A stretch of DNA of 64,000 nucleotides, from positions 3,393,158-3,457,157 of the forward strand of contig BDGG01000003.1 in NCBI GenBank assembly GCA_001949185.1, written 5' to 3'. This document shows positions 34,401 to 46,269 of the stretch, one piece after another. The first letter of the stretch is position 1, and each line of letters begins with the position of its first letter. The notes below the pieces were generated by a model. That model ran no database searches. It saw only the letters and a list, made by a program, of their open reading frames with translations, and had not been told where the DNA came from. The DNA comes from Ramazzottius varieornatus. Lineage: Eukaryota > Animalia > Tardigrada. The position numbers and the translations under genes were made by a program.

Positions 34401-34492
34401 GAACGTACAATATCGTTAATCCCAAGTGGCGCGCTCGTCCAGGCAGTGACAACGAGAACGTGCGCCGTTTATAACAGCCATCTTGTACGTTC
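34401..34492. repeat. Palindromic repeat family, copy between ERH and CLPB
   Basis: gaacgtacaatatcgtt..cccaagtggcgc...gaacgtgcgcc...atcttgtacgttc. Confidence 0.65.
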
Positions 34493-34656
34493 TCTTCGCC
34501 CAGCTCTCAATTCGAAAACGTTTTCATGGCAGCGGAAAGTGACCTTGCTAGATACACTCAGGGCTTCCTTGTCGTCACACATCCGGACCGGCATAACTGC
34601 CGAATACCATCTGGAAAATTACATGAGATGATAGATTTACTGTAGTAATACCTAAC

Positions 34657-36985
34657 ATGGATCGCATGATCAAACTTTTGGTTCTACCGGTGGGTCGTCG
34701 TGTGCTCAGCACGCCGCGGCTCTTGCGTTTGGTTCTTCATTACCACGGCAAGGGAATATGGCGAGTATCGCCCGTCGGAAATATGTCCCTCTCGCAACTG
34801 TCCGCCCAGTTGCATTTGGTTAAACGCGGACATCGTTCATCTGGCGGAAGTGGTCAGAGCAATGGTCAGGAAGATCGACAGCGTTGGACGGACACCGCTG
34901 ATTTTAGTCGTCTCGGATGCCATCCTTTAATTGCCTTCGTGGCGATTGCCCATTGTTTCTCAGACAAGGGACCGAACGGTGGTAGTTTCAACTTCAATGC
35001 GGGAACTTCACATACGCGGCTCTTCAAAATGCTGAAGTCCGCGCGGACCTTAGAGGAAGCCGAGAAGTTGATTGAGACTATTCCCGAACGTGAGATCAAC
35101 AAGAAACATCAATATGGTAAGTTACGAAGTCTCCGTTTGGTAACAGAATATCTTATCGAGTCTTTTGACATTTTGGGTGGACACTACTGCACGTCGCTTC
35201 GGCCAATTCGAATTCAGTCGCCGTGAAGAAGCTGCTGGAGCAAGGAGCCGATCCGAACATTACGGATGAGTTTACCAATGTCTATGCAGCTTCCGAGGCG
35301 CAGAAGATTCAACCGATGGAAATTCTGTTGGTTCGTGAGGAGGATTTCAGTAGCGGACTTAACACCCGCGCAAACTTTAAGGGATGCACGGCGTTGCATT
35401 ATGCCGCTCTCGCCGACGACCTCGACACAGTTCAGGTATTTCAATTCAATCCAAGAATATATTTCATTTGTCATTGTCAATGGTTTTCTGAGGTTTGTCC
35501 TTCTGCTTCGAAGTTAACATTTTCCAAATAGTGCCTACCATAGACGAACAAACTAGAGCAGATCGTTTTTTTCAAGCGACATACGCTTCCAGCTAATATC
35601 AGCGAAAACTTTCGCCACCTGGGAAAACAATCTTGCCGAGTTTGTTTGGTCAGCTTTCAAATCCTGCTGTGTGGTTAATCCTGGTTATTTTACAGATGTT
35701 GATAGCGGCTGGGGCGGATTCTACTATCGTCAACGACAAAGGCCACACCTGTCTCGACTACAGCAAAGACCCTGAAATTCGAGAAGCCATCAAACTCGCG
35801 AACGAAAAAGCCGGAGAACGGAAGGCTGAAGCTAAGGCAGAAGAACGTCGGAAGTTCCCACTAGAGCATCGCTTGAAACAAACTCTCGTCGGACAAGAAG
35901 CCGCTATCAATACCGTAGCCAGTGCCATTAGAAGAAAGGAGAATGGGTGGTACGACGATGACCATCCACTCGTCCTTCTGTTCTTGGGCTCTTCAGGCAT
36001 TGGAAAGACCGAACTAGCTAAACAGATCGCTGTATATCTGAGCCGAGATCACAAGAAAGGCTTCATACGGCTAGACATGTCAGAGTACCAGGAGAAACAC
36101 GAGGTGTCAAAGCTGATTGGGTCTCCGCCCGGATACTTGGGACATGACCAAGGCGGGCAACTAACTCAGAAACTGAAAGACTGTCCGAACGCCGTGGTAC
36201 TCTTCGACGAAGTCGACAAGGCTCACCCGGATGTTCTGACAGTACTTCTGCAGTTATTCGACGAAGGTCGATTGACCGATGGACGAGGAAAGACAGTTGA
36301 GTGTAAGGAAGCCGTGTTCATCATGACGTCAAACTTGGGGAGTAGCGAGATTGCCGAGTACGCTATAAGGCTGCGTGAAGACAGTGAGGAGCTTCACCGG
36401 GAACAAAGAAATGCGGAAGATGGGCAGCTGGCGATAAAGGACCCTTGCGACAATATAACCTTCCCGAAGAAATTTCGTGATGAAGTGGTGGAACCGAAGC
36501 TGAAAAAGCACTTTCGGCGGGATGAGTTTCTAGGTCGAATCAACGAGATAGTGTACTTCGTGCCTTTCTCACGCCCCCAACTTCTCCAGTTGGTGAACAA
36601 GGACCTAACCTTTTGGCAACAACGAGCTCGGACCAAACACCAAGTGGAACTACAGTGGGACGATGATCTAGTGGACGCCGTGGCGGATGGGTATAATGTT
36701 TATTACGGAGCTCGAAGTATCAAGCACGAAGTGGAACGGCGTGTGATCAACCCACTGGCTGCTGCTTATGAGAGACTGCTAATAAGAAAAGGTAACATCG
36801 TCAAGCTGACAACTGAACCCCATATCCACGTGCACGATGCTCAGGGCTACTGCAAGTGCGACAGTGCCCCACGGTCACTCAGAGTACTCGTGGCGAACGC
36901 ACCAGCGGAAGGAAATAAGAACAAGAAGGAATTTGTCGACATTACGGAGAGCCTGAACCAACTACTTCCCGCTGAAGCTTCTTAG
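34657..36985 (+). CDS. CLPB: Mitochondrial disaggregase CLPB/Skd3 (ankyrin + AAA+), multi-exon
   Basis: Ankyrin repeats ([34 protein letters not shown]), FPLEHRLK, Walker A GSSGIGKT, Walker [32 protein letters not shown]. Confidence 0.95.
35547..35648. repeat. Intronic palindromic repeat family, copy in CLPB intron
   Basis: cagatcgtttt...ttccagctaatatcagcgaaaac...cgccacctgggaaaacaatct. Confidence 0.7.
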
Positions 36986-37011
36986 CCGGTGTGGCTTTTG
37001 TAGAATCCGTG

Positions 37012-38453
37012 TCAGCATGAGTTTATCTGATTGAAATTAGAAAAAGAATCGAGCTTTGCCAGACGACGTTTCTCCGTGGTCATTGCGTTGAGGTACTTCT
37101 CCCCGAAATGCTCAGCATCCGCAGGCACGCCCAAAATCTTTCCGCAGCTGTGGAATAAACAAAGCATTCCGAGCGTTATATTTAGCCGCAGTAAATTCCA
37201 GCAGATGAGATAGTACACGATTTTACAGATTGAGCATGGCCACTTTGCTGAATTCCAGGTCGGCTCGAGGTCCCCAACCTAAGGTAAAACGGAAAACCGA
37301 TCAAGCTTTACTTTAGGCTGTAAAAAATACGTAAATCATCTGGAAAAAAATAGAAAACAAAATAGAAAACAAACTAAACCTACGGTAGTAATAAAGCTCC
37401 ACATTTTCTCCCTTTTGGACCATCTGTTTTACTATGTACTGCTGTTTAATGAAGGTGCTATTGAGAACATTCTTTACATTCCCGATTAGTCGATGGTTAG
37501 TTTCCTGATCAAACCCGAACGGCTTCAGGAAAAGCCATAGGTACTCTTCGGAGGATTCTCCATCTAAAAACAATGGAAAAGATCTAGATAGCAGACTTCA
37601 AAGTTTTCTGATGAGATACTAATGCTCCAAACCGTACCTCCTTCCATGTAGATAAAGAGCAACGTGAGGGTTAGCAGGCTCATCGTGGCAGCTTCTGCCG
37701 GCTCCAGCTTGCGTCTCGAAGGGAGGGAGCTTCTGCCACAACCAACGAAAGAGACTTCCCCACTGTTAACCAGGATGAATGTTTTCTTAGGACGCTTCTT
37801 CTGCGTACTCGGACCAGCTCCTCCATCATCGTCGTCATCTACATCCATGGCATCTGTATCTTTTGGAGTCGCAACAGCTTTGGCTTCTCCATGACCAACC
37901 ATCGGGAACATGGGCTTATCTGCAACTATCTCCGCCAGAAGGTATCCGAAGTCATCGGACAGAAGTTTGCGAGCCTGACTGAAATCTTCGTCGAAACCTC
38001 TGTCTTTGTCACCCTGTCCGGCCTTCCTCCAGTCGTTCAAAAGCTCTATAAAACAACAGGAGAAACGGTCAGAATGATTTCAGGTAAGTACTGGAGCATG
38101 TTTCGAGTCATACGGTTGTTGGTGAATGGTTCTTTCTTATGATGTTTCAGCAGGATCATTTTCGCGAGCAACGCAGCTTTGTCTAAGCGATCATCGTTGT
38201 CGTCGTTGTTTCCGGCATCGCCGCTGTAATCAGGAATGGCTGGAAGATCGTACAAGCCCTTCTGCGCCCAGCTAAGGACAGATGCTGGAACATCTATCTC
38301 GAGTCTTGTTCTCTTTGGAGCTCGACGGGAATAGGAAGGCTGGACGTCGTCGTCGGATTCCTGTTCCTCTTCGGAGACATCGCCAATACGCTGGGAAGGT
38401 GCGCTCCGTTGAGACTGTTGAGTTGTGCCGCGGGGCCCTCTCCGAGGAGGCAT
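37012..38453 (-). CDS. NSMCE3: MAGE-domain protein, probable SMC5/6 subunit NSE3, multi-exon
   Basis: FSQARKLLSDDFGYLLAE, FILVN, LLTLTLLFIYMEG, EEYLWLFLK, HRLIGNVK..L..TFIKQQY and, across a splice, YYRWGPRADLEFSK (MAGE signature WGPRA). Confidence 0.8.
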
Positions 38454-38545
38454 GGCGTCAAGTCCAGCCACAACTTTCGAGCTCGTACCACCTAAAACAA
38501 ACAAGTTATCGTAAAAGATAGATGACTTTGGGAGAAGATTTTGGA

Positions 38546-38593
38546 AGAATAGAAGAATAGAAGAATAGAAGAATAGAAGAATAGAATAAGAAT
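38546..38593. repeat. (AGAATAGA)n simple repeat
   Basis: About 5 tandem 8-mers directly adjacent to the left pogo TIR. Confidence 0.85.
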
Positions 38594-38602
38594 GACCGCA
38601 TA

Positions 38603-40899
38603 CAGTAGAACCTGCGCTACTTCACGCACGTCACTCGTCGGTTTTCTAAAACTGGCCACTACGTCAAAACTACTGTTTCTACGTGTGACGTCAGCCAGAC
38701 TTGCCACAAACTCTACGTCAGCGGATCGTTTTTTAGCACGTTGACTAAGCGATTCGTAATGGAATGATCACTTTTTGTTTTAGGTCTAAGACGCAAGTCA
38801 AAACTCAGAAGTAAAAGCGTTGAATGACTTGTCAGGTTGGTCCACCGAAAAACTATCTTAGAAACCTGAAACAATTAACATCTTGGTCCTTGTCAGCCAC
38901 CAGAAGAATTTCTGTTTGGTCCACTTGATGTCGTTCTCCGAGCAGCCACAGTAAGACCGAGTTAGGGGACACTAACTAGTACTCCAAATCGAACGGGTCG
39001 TCTTCATCGTCGAATGTTACTGAGTCACGTTGACTAACTTCTTCGGTAGCTTCGGTGGTCACAGTTGGTATCTTTTGACCGATACGACACTGGGCGAAGC
39101 AGTTAACGCGGGTTTCGGTAGTAATTGCTTTATCTGCTTCGACTGTCCACAAGCACGCTTCAAGAAGGGTGACACCCTTGTAGTAATCATCAACGCACTC
39201 AAACGTACGAAGTCTGCTGAAGAGATCGCTCGCCATAAGGGTTCTGAAATGGTCTCTGAAGTTTTTTATGATTCCCGCGTCGAGCGGTTGTGCGTGGGAC
39301 GTAACATTCGGGGGTAGGAAGTATAGACGGACATTCGATAGGCTCGCAACGTTGTGAGCCTTGAAATTGTCCAGAATAAGCGCGATGTACCGTTTTGGAA
39401 GTATCATGTCAGCGTTCAGTTCTTCAAGGTATTCGGTAAAGATGTCGGTATCCATCCAGGCGGTCTTATTGTTTTTGTACGCAAAACCCAGGTGCTTAGT
39501 ACGACCGTCACGCAGTCCGGCTTGTACAAAGGGACGGGGATTTTTAGCTGTACCGATCACTAGGGGCATTTTACGTTCACCGGTTGCGCTGCACGTCAAG
39601 AATACGGTTATTCTGTCTTTCCTCAGTTTGCAGCCTTTCGGTGTCGCTTGAGATTTTTTGACAAGAGACTTACTGGGTAGTTGGCGATAATTCAAGCCTA
39701 GCTCGTCGCAGTTAAAGATGTCTTTGAGTGCGTAGTCCTGCAGGATGGATGGTAGCGTCTCATCGTACCACTCTTGCAAACCTTCGAAGTTCGCACTCGC
39801 GCCTTCACCTTCGAAAACGCAGAAAAAAATAAGTTTGTATTGAACAATTACATGTGCTTGCACGGCTGACTCACAAACCTTGAAGTACTTTGAAGATCAA
39901 GTCGTGTCTTTCACAAAAGCTAGCGAGCCAACCATTGCTTCCTGTGAAATTTTGGATATCATTTTCTCGCGCAAACTTCCGCGTCTGAAGCTGTATCAAA
40001 CGGCCAGTAATGTTGCCACCTTTGTCCAGCGTTTCATCTACGAGTTCAATCATGGCCTTATCAATCTCGGGAAACTTCAACCTTGTAGGTCTCGTGGCTT
40101 CTGGCTTCGTCGTTTCCAGATTCTTTTCTACAGTATCTCTCCTTTCTGTAGTTGAGTATGTTCGTACGATGAGTTCCATATTTATCCCCTATTTCCGTGT
40201 CGGTCATCTATGAAGTAGAGTTTTGGAGGTAACTGATTATTTAGATTGCTTCGCGAGATCACTGAGAAAGTTAATTGTCAGTAACTTACCCCACTATCGA
40301 TGTCAACAAGGATCTGGCGCTTTGTCTCGGCGCTGATATGATGGAACCTCCGAGTTTCAGGCCTCGAGGATTGAACTGAACGCTTTCTAATTTTTCCGGA
40401 TATCCGAGGGACTTTGGCCATTAAGGTGACATGCAGGATACGTGACATGTACGGGGTATCCAGTTAATATCCGAGCTTTCAATAGTAGTCTCGCGCGTTC
40501 ACTCCGGAAATGACAGCTAGGTTGTCGGATCCATATTCGTGAAAGTCACTCCTGGCAATATTGTACAAACCTGCAACAGAAAGCACAGCCCGCAGTTCTC
40601 GCGATCACGCTCCGTATCCAGTTCAGTTAGTTCCTTGCTCCACCCAGCGACAGCAATCCAAAACGAACTGTCTAGCTTCGCTATGAACGGTACAAAGAAG
40701 TGGAGTTAGCCGAGAATTACTCTGAAGATTGCCCGTTTTCTAAAAGACACGTAGTTTTTCCGAATTTTGATTCACGATTGTTGACGTAGAGTTTGTGGCA
40801 AGTCTGGCTGACGTCACACGTAGAAACAGTAGTTTTGACGTAGTGGCCAGTTTTAGAAAACCGACGAGTGACGCGCGTGAAGTAGCGCAGGTTCTACTG
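38603..40899 (-). mobile_element. pogo/Tigger-family DNA transposon, 2.3 kb
   Basis: 118-bp near-perfect TIRs (38603-38720 and 40782-40899, CAGTAG ends), TA TSD at 38601-38602 and 40900-40901. Confidence 0.95.
38976..40421 (-). pseudogene. pogo/Tigger transposase (psq-HTH, CENP-B HTH, DDE_1), 2 introns, one frameshift near 40135
   Basis: EIGDKYGTHRTNI HTH, FTGSNGWLASFCERH, NCDELGL, KDRITV, KTAWMDTDIF, LILDNFKAH, FLPPNVTSHAQPLDAGII; frame changes in a GAGAGA run. Confidence 0.85.
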
Positions 40900-41505
40900 T
40901 ACCTAGTTACCTTTGTGTTTTTATTCACATAGATGAAAACTTTTTATCGTTATTTACAAAAAAACGAATGGATAACTGGATAAAGGGTGTACCCCTTGTT
41001 TTGCCCCTAGCCTAGAAGCTGCAACAGCCCGGCTAGCCAGTCCGTTTTCGGGGGATGGTCCGAAATGTTACAATTGACTGATATGCACAGCCGGGGGGCT
41101 CGCCATCACCCCGAGAATACTTTCACGTTTAAACAATGAGCGGGAAGATCAAGAAACGTGAAACATGACATCACCAAGATGCTTCCCGGGGAAGGCCCGC
41201 AGTATGAGAGCTCGAGACTGGGAGTTCTAGGTCTGTTCTGCTGGGACCTTCATAACCTCGATGATCATTACTTGATTATCCTAAGGGATGCTTCGCTCCG
41301 GCTTGGGTTGAACGGCGTAAGCGGTGAACGAGCTGCAGTTCCAGCTTTTAAGTTCATAGGGTCACTCATCAGATCCATCAGAGAGTCACCTTCCGAATAT
41401 CTTGATGGTCTGACCGTCTGAGTTTATGTTCCTTGGGGTTGGTGGTCTGTATGCCTGGGCGGAGAACTGTTGCCGACCGCATTATCCAGGTCGAACAGTG
41501 GTAAA

Positions 41506-44500
41506 ATGGACGACAGGTCAACTTATCCGCTCCGGATCTACTTCGTCAACCAGACGACTACGTCGACGTGCGCCTCATTGCTTAAAGCGTTCTCGGTACG
41601 ACCATTCATCGTTGCCATTACACGTCTTCCGAAATGATGTGGACTGTTTTTGTTCTGTAGCACGTCGTCCAGACTGGATCCAACTTGCTGAAACCTCATT
41701 GGATACATGAAGATGATCTGCGGGACAGCATCGCAACGGACACTGGTAGAAACACGAGCAGGCTGTTCATCTGCGAAAATTTTTCGGGACCTGCCTTTGC
41801 TGGTCTTCGACAGCTGAATCTAAGGTAATATCGTATGTTGCATACAGTGAGTTGGAGTATTGCTCCTCATACATAATTTTGTCTGTACCTCGCAGGATAT
41901 GGAGAGCTGATTGTCTGCTAAGCGAGGCGGAAACAGTAGTAGAAAGATGGTTGAATGCGCGAGTCCCTACGATACCTTTGCTCAGCACCTTCATGGACGG
42001 AATGGTTGTCTGTTGCTCTGGAGTACCTTCTTCGTCTGAGGTAAGGTCACGATACTGTTAATTACGAGCAAACATTAATCGAGTTGCGTTTGATTGCAGA
42101 TCAGGATTTACGAGCGGGTTTTGTTGATGGGAGCAAACTATTCCACGGTCCTGCGCTCGACGGTAACTCATCTCGTCACCGATCGTGTTGGTACTCCCGA
42201 GTACTTTGTAAGAGTCCACTCAACTTCACTAATTGTACCAATGATGTGCGTTATATATATTATATGAGCTGAATCTTTCATTTGAAGGCGGCAGTCAAGC
42301 ATGGTATGAAAGTGATGAGCGCCGACTGGATCAAAGAACTTTGGGAACAATCGCTCCTCGGACATACCGCAGAGCGGGATCAAATTATCGACTTACTGAC
42401 TAGTCAACACGAGCTGCCACCTCTGAAAGGCTTGAAGATTTACGTGGACCCATCGTTAACGGCGAAGTCTGTCGTAAGGAGCACAACTGGTCTCTTGAGA
42501 CCAAGTCGTTCATGCTACGCTACTTTTACTGATATGCTACGCATCTCCTTTGCAGTTCAATCGTCTCGTCAAGAACTGCGGCGGAGAAAACTGCTTAGAT
42601 TACTCCGCTGCAGACATCACGCATTTCGTTACGGAAAAGTCGTCAGCTTCACCAACAGCACCAGCCAAGGTGGTCCGCGTTTTGCCACAATGGCTGATCG
42701 ACTCTTCGAAAAACAGTGAGTTGAATCAGTGTGATTTGTACTGTATGACACAAAGATGGGTCTCTGATTTGTAGAAAGATGCGAGGATTGGAAAACTTAC
42801 GAAATTCCAACGAGCAGTTCGCCCATGAAGCAGAGTTCTTCCCGCGCAAGGTTCATGCGGGCCAAACGAGCTTCGATAGCAAGCTTTAGCGCCATGAGCC
42901 AGTGTGCGACGTCGACCCCGATGAAATTCGGCTCTATTGGTAAGACGTTACTCATATTTACGCAGGTAAATCATTTCCATAAAACTTTAATGTTGTCAGA
43001 AGCGCAAAATGACAAGTTGGACACCATCAGCCCAATCAAAGAGCTACGTAGGTCGCCGAGAAAGTCGAAGCAGCTTCAGACTCCGGAGAAGTTGGGAACG
43101 GTTCCTGCAGCAATGTCAGCTGGCTTCGTCTTTTCGCCCAAACCAACAGGTCGGACCAAGCGCTCAGCTAGCCCGACTTTTTCCAGAAGTAAAAGAGTTA
43201 CGACGACCGTCTCGTCCATACCAGTGGACCACGGTCAGTAGCAAATTTGAACAGCGATTTAGCAAACCACGCTCTCTCGTCAGCAAACAGAGCTTGTCAA
43301 GCTTATCGATACTTTGTTTGCAGATGAGAACGCGCGGGATGGACTGGTGGACCTGTCGCCAACACGGTCCTTTCCAGCCAGTTCCGAGTTCTCGAATACC
43401 GTCAGCAGTGAAAGTCACAAACCCACTCCATCATCGTTCTACAAAAGAATGGTGAGTACGGACTCGACGTGCGACGTTCTTTTGGGTGGCAGCCAGCCCA
43501 ACTCGGAACCTTCATCCTCCCAGTCACAGCCATCCTCGCAGCCAGCCACTGTGGTCCCGGCAAGCCCTATCAAATCCAGCAGGAACCTTGCTCGAAGAGT
43601 CTTGCATCTGGGCTCTGTGACCAAATCCGCCGCAAGACCGTCGAACCTGGCTAAAAGTCCGTCGAAGTTGTCTACCGAAGACTTCTTGCGACCCAACAAA
43701 GCCAGCTTCGGCGGAGCGTATCACCGGCTTTCAATGGATACGAATAGCAGCTCGCAGTTGTCTTGGGACCATGGAATGTAAGTTTTAGAAGGATTTCTGC
43801 AGATCGAAGAAGTTCTGAAGTGATATTCGGCTCTTACGTTGCAGAACGTCTGACAAGAAGGAAGTTTCGAGCTCTTCGACTGTTCCCGACTTACGAGTAG
43901 GTTTCCCTTCGAATCCTGTCCGTTGATATTTCGTCACTTATTTCTGGAATTAGGTTGTGCCCAAGACCCGCGTCTTCATGATCAGTCGTATGGCAGATGA
44001 CTTCGACAAAGATACATTGATACGTATACAGTCCGCAGTCACAACTATGGGAGCGGACTACCTTCCTAGCGCAAGGTTTGACCAGGCATGTACGCATGTA
44101 ATCTGTCTGAAGCCGTACCACACAGAGAAATTTCTAGCGTGCTGTGCCTCCGGAAGGAAGGTTTTGCACGTTAACTACGTATTCGACTCGCTCGAAGCTG
44201 GAAGGTTTCTCGAAGTACGTAAAATACCCCTTGACAGATCGCTCGGCACACAAATTTAATTGCTTCTTTCTATTTCAGGAAGACGGTTATGAGTGGGGAA
44301 ACAAGGCTGCTGGTGCTTTCTTGAAAGACCTGACAGACTCGCAGCTAAGATGGGCCACCACCGCTCGATGGTGGCGGAGTCACGTTACTGCGCCGGAGTT
44401 GAAAGCATTCCATGGCTGGAAAGTCATCGTGGCTCCTAACGTGACGAAGAAAGAATCGTACGGGGCGGTTCTCCAAGCTGGGGGAGGACTCGTTTTGGAC

Positions 44501-45019
44501 AACAAGTAAGACAAACCTCACGTCCTTGTTCCTTGACAAACCTCACAACGAAGACGTGCGCCACTCTCAAGATCGTTGTCTTAAGTGGCGTTTGCTTCCA
44601 GCTAATATCAATGAGGAGGTGCGCCGCTTGACGTAGCGACCATTTACGTTTCGTTTGCCGGCCTCCAAATTAATTCGGTTTTCCCTCCATAGTAAATTTT
44701 GACTGATTCTTTTAGGCCGGACATCGCGCAACAAGCGACGCATCTCTTTCACGCGTATGCGCCAGAAGAGTACCATCAGCTGCAGATTCTGCGGGACACG
44801 CTACAGCTCAAGTCCGACCTAGCACTCATCACTGGTCACGAACTGGAGCTGTGGCTGCAGGAAAAGGTCCACGGGGAACTGCCGAACAAACGCCGTGGCT
44901 CTCTTGGCTGTTCGTCCACTCAAGTCCCACGAGGCAGCCAGACAGCAGAAAAGACTCGGAAACCTGCCTTCTCGAATTGGACATTAACCGCAGTCAAACC
45001 GCTTACGCGAAAATTTTGA
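41506..45019 (+). CDS. TOPBP1: TopBP1-like BRCT scaffold (BRCT0-1-2 + AAD + BRCT7-8), multi-exon; start inferred
   Basis: MGANYS..LRSTVTHLVTDRVG, MSADWIKELWEQS, LPPLKGLKI; SSQLSWD (AAD Trp); FDQACTHVI...EKFLACCASGRKVLHVNYVFDSLEAGRFLEEDGYEWG...ARWWR...AFHGWKVI. Confidence 0.8.
44545..44640. repeat. Intronic palindromic repeat family, copy in TopBP1-like intron
   Basis: aagatcgttgtcttaagtggcg..ttccagctaatatcaa..gtgcgccgcttg. Confidence 0.65.
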
Positions 45020-46269
45020 ACATACTATCAATTTATTCTGGTTTATTTTACGGTTTCCTGTTTATTTGCGCAGTCATGTTTTAACGCTTACAATTGGCTC
45101 ATTTTCTCGCCAGGATATATAATGCTCGTGTGAGAATATACGTTAGGCCGCTCAAACGATGGATGCTGTTTACCGTCACCGCTCGCGCCACATTTCCCAG
45201 GACTCCAAAAACTTTTTTTATTAGAAAAACATTGAAAAATGTTTTTATTCGACTTTTTTAACCGGATTCGTGCATTCGAACCAGATCTAATAATTCTAAT
45301 ATCATAATATGAGACTCGACGGCGCGGCGAATCCTATAGGATTCAACGGGACTTGCAGAGTGTGAAACAAATTTTGTTGTGTTGGCTTATTGGGAGTCTT
45401 GCGATATGCAAGCTTCCATATCGCCAGCCGTTTTCCGTGTCTGTTCCCCTTAGATCGACGCGTTGCGTCCTTGGTGTTGTGGTGATTTGTTCTATTGTTA
45501 TTTCGTTGTATAGAAAAAGATGGGAAATTCAGATGAGAAAAATTCAGATGGTCTTGGCAGATAGACCATATGAATTAGTGACGACTCTGCTGAACCCCGG
45601 GTGCTATGAACCCCTCTGCTGAACTTTGCCCAGTGAAGGGCAAAGTACAACATTAGTGGAGATAAGCTTGTGAATGGGATGTGACTGAGGAGAAGCGAAA
45701 GTAGGTTACAAAAGAAGGAGATAAGGCTATAGCATTGCATTCTGAGTCACAGGGAGTAATTCAATGGTTGGGAACTTGGGATACGCGCTGCCATCATCCC
45801 AGTTCCCGATTTCTTCCCTTTTAGCCTCCCTCGGCGACAACAGTACCCGTTAGGGTGCCGCCCCGCGAATAATATAATATCTTCAGCTCTGACTCCCGTC
45901 TAATTTAATACTAACAAATATCCCACCTCGATCGAGGTATCTAATAAAAATTGATACGATATATTAGATGCAAAAAGCATCTAATAAGTTCTTATATGCC
46001 AACATCACTAACTGGTGAACTCCCCTATTGTACAAAGTACGAGTACAGAACCACAGACAACATGATTCAGCTTGCATAGTCATTCACTGGGCACCCATCA
46101 TTGTACGTAGGTATAACTTGATGCAATATGTTACTTTAGTATTTCGAGTGAAAGCTGCTGGTTGCTTTCACTGGGCTGTCTGGGGTTAGAAGGAGCGTCA
46201 ATGAGTACTTTCTCTAACATCATCGCAAAATTAACGAAGTAAAAAGCACATCAGCATAACAACATCAAA

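Noticed and set aside
45353-45740. Short ORFs between the TopBP1-like and BEN-like genes as a retroelement remnant
   Set aside because: No RT, endonuclease or integrase motif could be identified
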